Assembly (NCBI GenBank): GCA_024234895.1
Contig: JACKNJ010000002.1
Span: 395,565-459,564, forward strand
DNA from: Gammaproteobacteria bacterium
Lineage (GTDB): Bacteria; Pseudomonadota; Gammaproteobacteria; JACKNK01
Length of the DNA: 64,000 bases
Reading direction: 5' to 3'
In this document: positions 49,437 through 57,778 of the stretch, piece by piece
How positions within the stretch are numbered: position 1 is the stretch's first letter
How the letters are laid out: each line of letters begins with the position of its first letter
Made by a program: the position numbers and the translations under genes
Notes under the pieces: model-generated
The model's database searches: none
Seen by the model: the letters and a program-made list of their open reading frames with translations, nothing else
Told to the model about the DNA's origin: nothing

Positions 49437-51629
49437 ATGCGAGCCTTGATCACGATGAGTGCTACCCGCAACCGCCGGCACGGGCCGCGATCCACCGGGG
49501 GAATCGACATTCCACGCCGGTTCGGTTTCGTTCTGCTGTGGTTGCTGATTGCCGCGATGCCGGCGCACGCCGCATTGAACGGGCTGACCGAGGTCAAACT
49601 GAATGCCGATGCGACCGGCACCGAACTGCTGTTCGGCTTCAGGGCCGAACCGCCGGTCGCGCGCAGTTTCCTGCTGGAAAGTCCGAATCGTCTGGTGCTC
49701 GACTTTCCGGGCACGGTGAACTCGACCGGGAAGAACTTCCTGCCCTATGCGTTCGGCATGATCGGCGGCGTGCAGGTGGTCGAATCGGGCGATCGCACCC
49801 GTGCCGTGATCAATCTGACCGGGCCGGTCAATTACGAGACCATCCGCCGGGATGGCAATGTCATCGCGCTCATTCTGGAGCCATTCGCCAGCGTCGAGGC
49901 GGCGGGACGCGCCCGCGAGATCAGGAATGTCGATTTCCGCCGCGGCACCAACGGTCAAGGACTGGTCGAGATCCGGCTGGCCGATCCGCAGACCATCGTC
50001 GACGTGAACCGGGTGGGCGAGCAGGTCTTGGTGGAGGTGCGCGGCACGACCGTGCCGGAATCCCTGCAGCGCCTGCTCGACGTGATCGACTTCGCCACAC
50101 CGGTGCGTACCGTCGACGCCCTCCAACGGGGTCCGGATACGAAGCTCGTCATCACGAGCTCCGGGGAGTTCGTGCACAGCGCCTATCAGACCAACGACAT
50201 GTTCACGGTCGAAATCGCGCTGCCGCCGCCTCCGGATGTTGCCGAGATTCCGTCGGCCGACCAGGCAAAGGACTACACCGGCGAACGTCTGTCGCTGAAT
50301 TTCCAGAACATCGAGATTCGCGCCATCCTGCAGATCATCGCCGACTTCACCGGACTGAATATCGTCGTCAGTGACACGGTGTCCGGGAACCTCACGCTGC
50401 GTCTGAAACAGGTTCCCTGGGACCATGCGCTGGACATCATCCTGAAGACCGAAGGTCTGGCGATGCGCCGGACCGACAACGTCATCCTGGTGGCGCCGAG
50501 CGAGGAAATCGCCGCGCGCGAGAAGCTGGAACTGGAGTCCAAGCAGCAGATTCAGGAACTCGCCCCCCTGGTGACCGAGATCATCCGTCTGCGCTACGCG
50601 ACCGCGAAGGACATCGAATCGCTGCTTGCCGGCGACAGTGGCGGCGGAGAAGAGGGCGGTGCGGCCACCGAGGCGGGCGATGCCGGCGGGGCCGCGTCGA
50701 CCGCCACCGACCCGGCGGGCGGGTTGCTGTCCGCCCGCGGCACCGCCAAGGCGGATGAGCGGACCAACAGCATCCTGATTCAGGACACGGCCGAGCGGCT
50801 GGCCCAGATCAAGGCGATCCTGGAACAACTCGACATACCCATCCGACAGGTCATGATCGAGTCGCGCATCGTCATCGCGAGCGATTCCTTCTCCAGAGAC
50901 CTCGGTGTCCAGTTTGGTGTCGGCTACGCGGAAAACAGCAGCAACGATTCAGCCCTCATCGGTGGCTCGGCGGGTTCCGGGCGGGTGCCCGCCACGGGCA
51001 GTGTCGGGTTCACCCGCGACGGCAATGAGCAATTCCTGGTCGATCTGCCGGTGGCGGGGACCTCGGGCATCGGACTGGCGATCGCGGCGGCAAGCCGTTA
51101 TCTGATTCGCCTGGAATTGTCGGCGGCGCAACTGGAAGGCAAGACCGAGATCATCGCGAGCCCACGCGTCGTGACCGCCGATCGTGCCGAGGCGACCATC
51201 AAGCAGGGTATCGAGATTCCCTACCAGACCGTGGAGGGTACCGGTGCTGACGCGACGGTCAGCGTGGAATTCAAGGAAGCCGTCCTCCAGCTCACCGTCA
51301 CCCCGCAGATCACCCCGGACAACCGCGTCATCATGGAGATCGATCTGTCCAAGCAGGACCCGGACTTCGGGAACGCGATCGGCGGCAATCCCTCCATCCA
51401 GACGCGCCAGATCACGTCCACGGTGCTGGTCGATAACGACGAGACCCTCGTCCTCGGTGGTATCTACGAACGCACCATCAGCAACACGATCGCCAAGGTG
51501 CCGTTCTTCGGCGACCTGCCGGTCGTGGGGAACTTGTTCAAAAGAAACGAAAATTCCGATAGGAAGGACGAGCTGCTGGTGTTCATGACGCCGGACATCA
51601 TCGACAAGGTCGATATCGTGCGCCGTTGA
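49437..51629 (+). CDS. pilQ: Type IV pilus secretin PilQ
   Basis: The start MRALITMS.. is followed by a signal sequence (..AAMPAHA), AMIN-like N-terminal repeats and a secretin C-domain (..LVLGGIYE...[15 protein letters not shown]...[11 protein letters not shown]). The ORF-track Met at 48972 overlaps pilP. Confidence 0.93.
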   Translation: MRALITMSATRNRRHGPRSTGGIDIPRRFGFVLLWLLIAAMPAHAALNGLTEVKLNADATGTELLFGFRAEPPVARSFLLESPNRLVLDFPGTVNSTGKNFLPYAFGMIGGVQVVESGDRTRAVINLTGPVNYETIRRDGNVIALILEPFASVEAAGRAREIRNVDFRRGTNGQGLVEIRLADPQTIVDVNRVGEQVLVEVRGTTVPESLQRLLDVIDFATPVRTVDALQRGPDTKLVITSSGEFVHSAYQTNDMFTVEIALPPPPDVAEIPSADQAKDYTGERLSLNFQNIEIRAILQIIADFTGLNIVVSDTVSGNLTLRLKQVPWDHALDIILKTEGLAMRRTDNVILVAPSEEIAAREKLELESKQQIQELAPLVTEIIRLRYATAKDIESLLAGDSGGGEEGGAATEAGDAGGAASTATDPAGGLLSARGTAKADERTNSILIQDTAERLAQIKAILEQLDIPIRQVMIESRIVIASDSFSRDLGVQFGVGYAENSSNDSALIGGSAGSGRVPATGSVGFTRDGNEQFLVDLPVAGTSGIGLAIAAASRYLIRLELSAAQLEGKTEIIASPRVVTADRAEATIKQGIEIPYQTVEGTGADATVSVEFKEAVLQLTVTPQITPDNRVIMEIDLSKQDPDFGNAIGGNPSIQTRQITSTVLVDNDETLVLGGIYERTISNTIAKVPFFGDLPVVGNLFKRNENSDRKDELLVFMTPDIIDKVDIVRR

Positions 51630-51643
51630 GCCAAGCCCCGTTC

Positions 51644-52204
51644 ATGATCCGACGCAGAAAAGCCCTGCCACCGACGTTCGCCGACAATCTGTTCCTGATC
51701 GGGCCGATGGGTGCCGGCAAGTCAACCATCGGGAGACGGCTCGCGCAGACCTTGAAGCGACCGTTCATCGACAGCGATCACGAGATCGTCGCGCGGACCG
51801 GCGCCGACATCCCGTTGATCTTCGAACTGGAAGGCGAGGAAGGCTTCCGCCGTCGCGAGACGGCAATGATCGACGAGCTGACCGCGCGCCAGGGTATCGT
51901 GCTGGCGACCGGCGGCGGCGCCATCCTCGCCGAGGAGAACCGCCGACATCTGCGTGAGCGCGGCCTGACCATCTACCTGCGTACGTCGATCGACCAGCAG
52001 CTGAAGCGCACCGCGCACGACAAGAACCGTCCGTTGCTGCAGACCGACAACCCGCGCGCACGTCTGCAAGCCCTCTTCGAGGTGCGTGATCCGCTGTACA
52101 CCGAGACGGCCGACCTGATCCTGGAAACCGACGGCAAACCGGTGCCCCAGGTCGTCGACCGGGTGCTGCGCGAACTCAGCGATTTCCTCGAACGGCGGTC
52201 CTGA
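51644..52204 (+). CDS. aroK: Shikimate kinase
   Basis: Walker A motif [14 protein letters not shown], plus DSD and GGG motifs. It follows pilQ, as in other gammaproteobacteria. Confidence 0.92.
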   Translation: MIRRRKALPPTFADNLFLIGPMGAGKSTIGRRLAQTLKRPFIDSDHEIVARTGADIPLIFELEGEEGFRRRETAMIDELTARQGIVLATGGGAILAEENRRHLRERGLTIYLRTSIDQQLKRTAHDKNRPLLQTDNPRARLQALFEVRDPLYTETADLILETDGKPVPQVVDRVLRELSDFLERRS

Positions 52205-52214
52205 GGTCGCCGAC

Positions 52215-53024
52215 ATGAGCAGTTGGGCGCTGGCGCTCGCCGCGTTCGCGGCGACCGGCTTGCTGTCCGGCCTCGTCGCCGGACTGTTGGGTGTCGGGGG
52301 CGGCCTGGTGATCGTGCCCGCGCTGATATTCACGCTCTCCCTGTTAGGTCCGGACTGGGCGCCACCGCCTGCCGCGCTCACCCACGTTGCGGTCGGAACC
52401 TCGCTGGCGGCAATCGTCTTCACCGCCATCGCCTCCACCCGCGCACATCATCGGCGGGGCGGGGTGCGTTGGGAGATATGGAAGGCGGCGACGCCCGGCC
52501 TGCTGATCGGCGCCATGCTGGGCGCGGCGATTGCCGACGCCCTGCCCGGTGATGTGCTGCGTCGGGTGTTCGCGCTGTTCGAATTCGCCGTCGCCGCGCA
52601 GCTTGCCTTTGGCAGCGAGCCGGGGCCGCATCGGCGTCTGCCGGGGGTCATCGGCATCGCCTCCGGTGCGGGCGTGATCGGCACCGTGTCCAGCCTGCTC
52701 GGCATCGGCGGCGGAACCTTGTCGGTGCCGGCCATGCGTTGGTGTGGAGTGGCGATGCATCAGGCGGTCGGCACGGCCGCCGCGATGGGGTTGCCGATCG
52801 CCGTCGCTGGCGCGACCGGTTTCCTGCTGGCCGGCAGCGATGTCGATACCGGTGGTGCCCAGCTTGGCTACGTGTCGTGGCCGGCGCTGGTGGTGATCGC
52901 CAGCGTGAGCCTGTTCACCGCACCGTTGGGCGCGCGGCTCGCCTATCGTCTGTCAGCGCGCGCCTTGCGGCTCGTGTTTGCATTGTTTCTGGCGCTGGTG
53001 GCGATCCGTCTCGGCTGGTCCTGA
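52215..53024 (+). CDS. TauE/SafE (DUF81) family anion/sulfite exporter-type membrane protein
   Basis: 269-aa polytopic protein with two LGVGGG/LGIGGG repeats. Confidence 0.8.
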   Translation: MSSWALALAAFAATGLLSGLVAGLLGVGGGLVIVPALIFTLSLLGPDWAPPPAALTHVAVGTSLAAIVFTAIASTRAHHRRGGVRWEIWKAATPGLLIGAMLGAAIADALPGDVLRRVFALFEFAVAAQLAFGSEPGPHRRLPGVIGIASGAGVIGTVSSLLGIGGGTLSVPAMRWCGVAMHQAVGTAAAMGLPIAVAGATGFLLAGSDVDTGGAQLGYVSWPALVVIASVSLFTAPLGARLAYRLSARALRLVFALFLALVAIRLGWS

Positions 53025-53074
53025 AACCGTCGCCAGACACGTCGGCCGGGCGCGGGCTCCACCCGCCCAGGAAA

Positions 53075-54262
53075 TCAGTTGGCGTAATAGTTCAGCAGCG
53101 CCTCGAAGCCGGCATCGCCCTCAGTCTCGATGAGTTGCTCGAAGGCTTTGCCCATCTTGCGCCCCATCGGTCGCTCGCCGGCGCGGAAGGCGGCGATGCT
53201 GGCTTCCAGATACGGTCGCCATTGGCCGGCGAGGATGCCGGCGTCTTCCTCGACCGACAGGCCGCCATCGCCGTGGCACTTGTCGCAATAGCGTTTGTGC
53301 AGGCGGCGCCCGAGGTTGGCCTGTTCCCCGTCGGCCACCTGATCGGCCTCGTGATACGGCAGCTTGCTGAAATGGGCGGCGAGCGCGTCGATATCGGCTT
53401 CCGACAAGCCACCGAGCAGGCGCCCCATGATCGTGCTCGGCACCTTGCCGGAACGCATGTCCCGCATCACCTCGGCCAGATAGTCACGCGACAGACCGGC
53501 GATCGAGGGGGTGCCGGGCCCGGCGGATATGCCGTCGACGCCGTGGCAGGCGGTGCATTGCGCGGCGATCAGGAAGCTTCGATCCAGCGTAGCCGGGGCG
53601 GTCGGCAGGTTAAGCGGGAGGGCGACCGGCGTCGGTTGCAGGTTCAGGTCGGGTAGCTCGATCGGGCCGCGCGGTTCCGGCGCGGGAACCGGGTCGAGCG
53701 GCGCGCCGATGTTGTCGACGACCGGCTCCGCCGGCATCTTGTGCGCCAGCCCCTTGTGGCATTCGATGCAGGTCTGCCCGTCCTTTTCGGCCTGCGCGTG
53801 CTTGCGGGCGGCCAGCTCGTCCTGGCGGCTGGCATCCATCGAGCGGGCGTCGTGACAGGCGCGGCACTCGCGTGAATCGGTCGCGAGCATGCGCTCCCAG
53901 ACGCGCTCGGCAAGCTCGAAACGACGCGCCTCGAATTTGGCCTCGGTGTCGATATGGCCGTTGATCTCCGCCCAGACGTCGCGCGCGGCCATCAGCTTCG
54001 CCCACAGCAACGGTTTGGTCTCGCGTGGGACGTGGCAGTCCGCGCAGCCGGCGGTCACGCCGCTGGGGTTGTGCGCGTGACTGCTGTCGCGGGTCTCGGC
54101 CGCGACCCACTGCATCGAGTGGCAGGACTGACAGAACTCGTTCGAGTTGGTGTAGCGCAGACCGAAATCCAGTCCGATCACCAGGCCGGCGCCGATCAGG
54201 ATGAGAACCAGCGCGCCGAACACCCCGCGCTGACGCTCCGGTTCGAACGGGTCGCGTCGCAT
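53075..54262 (-). CDS. Hexaheme cytochrome c: NapC/NirT-type membrane tetraheme quinol dehydrogenase fused to a c4-like diheme domain
   Basis: 395 aa with an N-terminal TM. Four NapC/NirT-spaced CxxCH motifs are present (CQSCH, CADCH, CRACH, CIECHKGLAH). A Pro-rich linker follows, then two class I cytochrome c motifs (CTACHGVDG, CDKCHGDGG). Confidence 0.8.
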   Translation of the reverse strand: MRRDPFEPERQRGVFGALVLILIGAGLVIGLDFGLRYTNSNEFCQSCHSMQWVAAETRDSSHAHNPSGVTAGCADCHVPRETKPLLWAKLMAARDVWAEINGHIDTEAKFEARRFELAERVWERMLATDSRECRACHDARSMDASRQDELAARKHAQAEKDGQTCIECHKGLAHKMPAEPVVDNIGAPLDPVPAPEPRGPIELPDLNLQPTPVALPLNLPTAPATLDRSFLIAAQCTACHGVDGISAGPGTPSIAGLSRDYLAEVMRDMRSGKVPSTIMGRLLGGLSEADIDALAAHFSKLPYHEADQVADGEQANLGRRLHKRYCDKCHGDGGLSVEEDAGILAGQWRPYLEASIAAFRAGERPMGRKMGKAFEQLIETEGDAGFEALLNYYAN

Positions 54263-54263
54263 G

Positions 54264-54428
54264 TCAGTCCCTCGATTCGCGTTCCGCCGATGCGGCGGCG
54301 GCGTTGGCGGCGGCCGAATCGTCCATCAGCTTCTTCAACATCGCGCCGATGACGACCTTGAGCCCGACCAGCACCACGACGATGCCAAGGCCGACCCAGA
54401 CGAAGTTTTCAACCAGCCACTCGGACAT
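54264..54428 (-). CDS. Small single-TM membrane protein (54 aa, not in the ORF track)
   Basis: Minus-strand ATG at 54428 is preceded by SD GGGAGA. Translation is MSEWLVENFVWVGLGIVVVLVGLKVVIGAMLKKLMDDSAAANAAAASAERESRD. Its stop lies 1 nt before the cytochrome ATG. Confidence 0.55.
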   Translation of the reverse strand: MSEWLVENFVWVGLGIVVVLVGLKVVIGAMLKKLMDDSAAANAAAASAERESRD

Positions 54429-54531
54429 GGGGTGTCTCCCGGAAGGTTCGTGATTGGTGGGGTGAGCTTAGCGAACCGCATCAGCGAGCGCCGCGAATCA
54501 TATCGATCGCCCGATGGTGCGGTTCGCCGCA

Positions 54532-57279
54532 TCAGTGAGCTTCGTCCCAGTTCGCACCGCGCCCGACGTCGACCACCAGCGGCACATGCAGATCGGCGGC
54601 GCCCGCCATCAGCTTGCGGATCTGTTTCTCGGCGGCGTCCGCGAAGCCTGCATCGACCTCGAATACCAGCTCGTCGTGCACCTGCATGACCATGCGCACC
54701 GGCGGGGCCTTGTTCATGATCCAGTCGTCGACGCTGAGCATCGCCAGCTTGATGATGTCGGCAGCGGTGCCCTGCATCGGGGCGTTGATCGCGGCGCGCT
54801 CCGCGCCCTGGCGGCGCGGCACGTTGCTGGAGTTGATCTCCGGCAGGTACAGGCGGCGCCCGAACACGGTCTCGACATAACCCTGCTCGTGGGCCTGTGC
54901 CCTGGTTCGTTCCATGAAGATCTTCACGCCGGGATAGCGTTCGAAATAGAGGTCGACGTAGCCCTGCGCCTCCTTCGGCTCGATGCCGAGCTGGCGCGAC
55001 AGCCCGAACGCCGACATGCCGTAGATCAGGCCGAAGTTGATCGCCTTGGCGGCGCGACGCTCGTTGGAGGTGACCTCGTCAGGGGTGCGCCCGAACACCT
55101 CGGCGGCGGTCGCACGGTGGATGTCGGCCCCATGCGCGAAGGCGTCGAGCAGGCCCTTGTCGCCGGACAGGTGCGCCATGATGCGCAGCTCAATCTGCGA
55201 ATAGTCGGCGGCCATGACGATGTGTCCAGGCGGCGCGACGAAGGCCTGACGGATCCGGCGGCCCTCGTCGCTGCGCACCGGGATGTTCTGCAGGTTGGGG
55301 TCGGAGGAGGACAGCCGCCCGGTCGCGGCCACCGCCTGGTGATAAGACGTATGCACCCGACCGGTATCCGGGTTGACCTGTTCCGGCAGCTTGTCGGTGT
55401 AGGTCGACTTGAGCTTGGACAGGCCGCGCCAGTCGAGGATCAGGCGCGGGAGCGCGTGCTTCTCGGCCAGCTGTTCGAGCACGTCCTCGGCGGTCGACGG
55501 CTGACCCTTCGGGGTCTTCTTGATGACCTCGATGCCGAGCTTGCCGTAGAGCAACTCCTGCAACTGTTTGGGCGAACCGAGGTTGAACGGCTGGCCGGCG
55601 GCGTCGTGCGCCTCGCGTTCCAGTTCCAGGATGCGCTTGGCGATCTCGGTCGACTGACGCTTGAGCTGCGCGGTGTCGATCAGCACGCCGCCGCGCTCCA
55701 TGCGCTTGAGCACGTCGATCAGCGGCAGCTCGATGCTCTCGAACACGAAGCGGGTACCGTCGTGGGCGGCGACACGCGGCCACAGCGCCTGGTGCAGGCG
55801 CAACGTGATGTCGGCGTCCTCGGCCGCGTAGGGGCCGGCGTCGTCGATGGCGATGTCGTTGAAGCTGAGCTGCTTCGCGCCCTTGCCGGCGATGTCCTCG
55901 AAATGGATCGTGGTGCGGCCCAGGTATTTCTCGGCCAGTGAGTCCATGTCGTGCCGCGAGCCGGTGGAATCGGCCACGTAGGATTCCAGCATGGTGTCGT
56001 AAGCGATGCCGGCGAGGGTGATGCCGTGGTTGGCCAGCACCTCGGCGTCGTACTTCAGGTTCTGTCCGACCTTGAACTTCTTCGGGTCTTCGAGCAGCGG
56101 CTTGAGGCGCGCGAGCACGACCTGGCGGTCAAGCTGATCCGGCGCGCCGGGGTAATCGTGCGCCAGCGGCACATAGGCGGCCTTGCCGGGTTCGACCGCG
56201 AACGACACGCCGACGATGCGTGCCTGCATGTAGTCGAGGCTGGTGGTCTCGGTGTCGAAGGCAAACAGTTCGGCCTCTTCCAGGCGTTCCATCCAGCCGT
56301 GCAGCTGGTCGGCGGTCAGGACGATGTCGTATTCGGGTTCGGCGTCCGTGTTCGCGACCGATGCCGCCGTGGTCGTGGCGTCCGCAGCGGGCGCGCCTTC
56401 GACCTTGATTCCGCTGCCGTGATTGCCGGCCTCGACCTGCGCCAGCCAGGTGGTGAATTCGAAGCGCGCCAGCAATTCCTTGAGCCGGGCGGTGTCGGCG
56501 GGCGCGAGGTTCAACGCTTCCGGCTTGCGGTCGAGGGCGACGTCGCACTTGATCGTCACGAGCTCGCGCGCCAGCGGCAGCCATTCCAGGCTCTCGCGCA
56601 GGTACTCGCCGATCTTGCCCTTGAACTCGTCGGCGCGGGCCATGATCGCGTCCAGGCTGTCGTACTCGGCCAGCCATTTGACCGCCGTCTTGGGGCCGAC
56701 CTTGGGCACGCCGGGGATGTTGTCGACGCTGTCGCCGATCAGCGCCAGGTAATCGATGATGCGTTCCGGCGGCACGCCGAACTTGCCGATCACGCCGTCG
56801 CGGTCCATGCGCGTGTTGGTCATGGTGTTGATCAGCGTGACGTGCTCGTCGACCAGCTGCGCGATGTCCTTGTCGCCGGTCGAGATCAGCGTGTGCCGAC
56901 CTTCCGCCGAGGCCTGGCGGGCGAGGGTGCCGATCACGTCGTCCGCCTCGACACCGGGTTCCATGATCACCGGCAGGCCCATTGCCCGCACCAGCTCCAG
57001 CAGGGGCTCGATCTGCGCGGCCAGCTCCTGCGGCATCGGCGGGCGGTTGGCCTTGTACTGGTCGTACATCTCGTTGCGAAAGGTCGGCCCCTTGGCATCG
57101 AACACGAAGGCGATGTGTTCGGGCCGGTACTCGTCGAGCATGCGCCGCAGCATGTTGGCGACACCGAAGATCGCGCCGGTCGGTTCGCCGTGCGCGTTGG
57201 TCAGCGGCGGCAGCGCATGGAAGGCGCGGAACAGATAGCTGGCGCCATCGATGAGGATGAAGGGCTTGGAGGCGGACAT
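54532..57279 (-). CDS. polA: DNA polymerase I
   Basis: 915 aa with a 5'-3' exonuclease domain (ILIDGASYLFRAFHA), a 3'-5' exonuclease domain and pol motifs (DYSQIELRIMAH, QVHDELVFE). Confidence 0.97.
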   Translation of the reverse strand: MSASKPFILIDGASYLFRAFHALPPLTNAHGEPTGAIFGVANMLRRMLDEYRPEHIAFVFDAKGPTFRNEMYDQYKANRPPMPQELAAQIEPLLELVRAMGLPVIMEPGVEADDVIGTLARQASAEGRHTLISTGDKDIAQLVDEHVTLINTMTNTRMDRDGVIGKFGVPPERIIDYLALIGDSVDNIPGVPKVGPKTAVKWLAEYDSLDAIMARADEFKGKIGEYLRESLEWLPLARELVTIKCDVALDRKPEALNLAPADTARLKELLARFEFTTWLAQVEAGNHGSGIKVEGAPAADATTTAASVANTDAEPEYDIVLTADQLHGWMERLEEAELFAFDTETTSLDYMQARIVGVSFAVEPGKAAYVPLAHDYPGAPDQLDRQVVLARLKPLLEDPKKFKVGQNLKYDAEVLANHGITLAGIAYDTMLESYVADSTGSRHDMDSLAEKYLGRTTIHFEDIAGKGAKQLSFNDIAIDDAGPYAAEDADITLRLHQALWPRVAAHDGTRFVFESIELPLIDVLKRMERGGVLIDTAQLKRQSTEIAKRILELEREAHDAAGQPFNLGSPKQLQELLYGKLGIEVIKKTPKGQPSTAEDVLEQLAEKHALPRLILDWRGLSKLKSTYTDKLPEQVNPDTGRVHTSYHQAVAATGRLSSSDPNLQNIPVRSDEGRRIRQAFVAPPGHIVMAADYSQIELRIMAHLSGDKGLLDAFAHGADIHRATAAEVFGRTPDEVTSNERRAAKAINFGLIYGMSAFGLSRQLGIEPKEAQGYVDLYFERYPGVKIFMERTRAQAHEQGYVETVFGRRLYLPEINSSNVPRRQGAERAAINAPMQGTAADIIKLAMLSVDDWIMNKAPPVRMVMQVHDELVFEVDAGFADAAEKQIRKLMAGAADLHVPLVVDVGRGANWDEAH

Positions 57280-57393
57280 GACGGACCTGCTTCGATGATT
57301 CGCCGCATTATGCCAACCCGGTCGGGGTGCTGGACAAACGCCGCCGTGTTCGGGAGGCTAGGCGCATCTCTTCCGCGATTCGGGGAATTCTGC

Positions 57394-57774
57394 ATGCGCC
57401 GTCCCGCTCTCCTGATGACCGCCGCCCTGTTCGCGGCGACCGCTAACGCCCAGCCGCCATTTCCGGCGCCGCCCCCGCCACCGGCGATGCCGCAATTTGC
57501 GGAGCCCGAGGTGCCGCCGCCGGCGCCTGTCGACATCCCCGAGGAGGCGACGCAGATCGCGCCAGCGGACGTGCGCATCATCCAGACGCCGCAGGGGCCG
57601 GCCCGGATCGAGGAATACAGGAACAATGGGCGGGTTTACATGGTGCGGGTGACGCCCTCGTTCGGCCCGGCGTATTTCCTTGTCGATACCGACGGCGACG
57701 GGCGTCTCGATCAGCGCCGTACCGGCGGCGTCGAGGAAGTCATGCCGACCATGTGGAGGCTGTTCAGCTGGTAA
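57394..57774 (+). CDS. Secreted DUF2782-like protein
   Basis: 126 aa with a signal peptide (MRRPALLMTAALFAATANA), a Pro-rich segment, then ..NGRVYMVRVTPSFGPAYFLVDTDGDGRLD.. It is divergent from polA, as is commonly seen. It sits in the 3' part of a long spurious ORF (55951..57774). Confidence 0.65.
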   Translation: MRRPALLMTAALFAATANAQPPFPAPPPPPAMPQFAEPEVPPPAPVDIPEEATQIAPADVRIIQTPQGPARIEEYRNNGRVYMVRVTPSFGPAYFLVDTDGDGRLDQRRTGGVEEVMPTMWRLFSW

Positions 57775-57778
57775 GCGC

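Noticed and set aside
54264-54428. Identifying the small membrane peptide as NapE or TorE.
   Set aside because: Size and position fit. However, the sequence lacks the conserved Gly/Tyr-rich motif that I recall for NapE/TorE. I left it as an unassigned small membrane protein.
54471-54527. 10-bp inverted repeat GCGAACCGCA...TGCGGTTCGC with a loop of about 37 nt, just downstream of polA.
   Set aside because: There is no U-tract on the polA strand and the loop is large. It may be a weak terminator or a REP-like element, but a single copy in the window gives nothing to build on.
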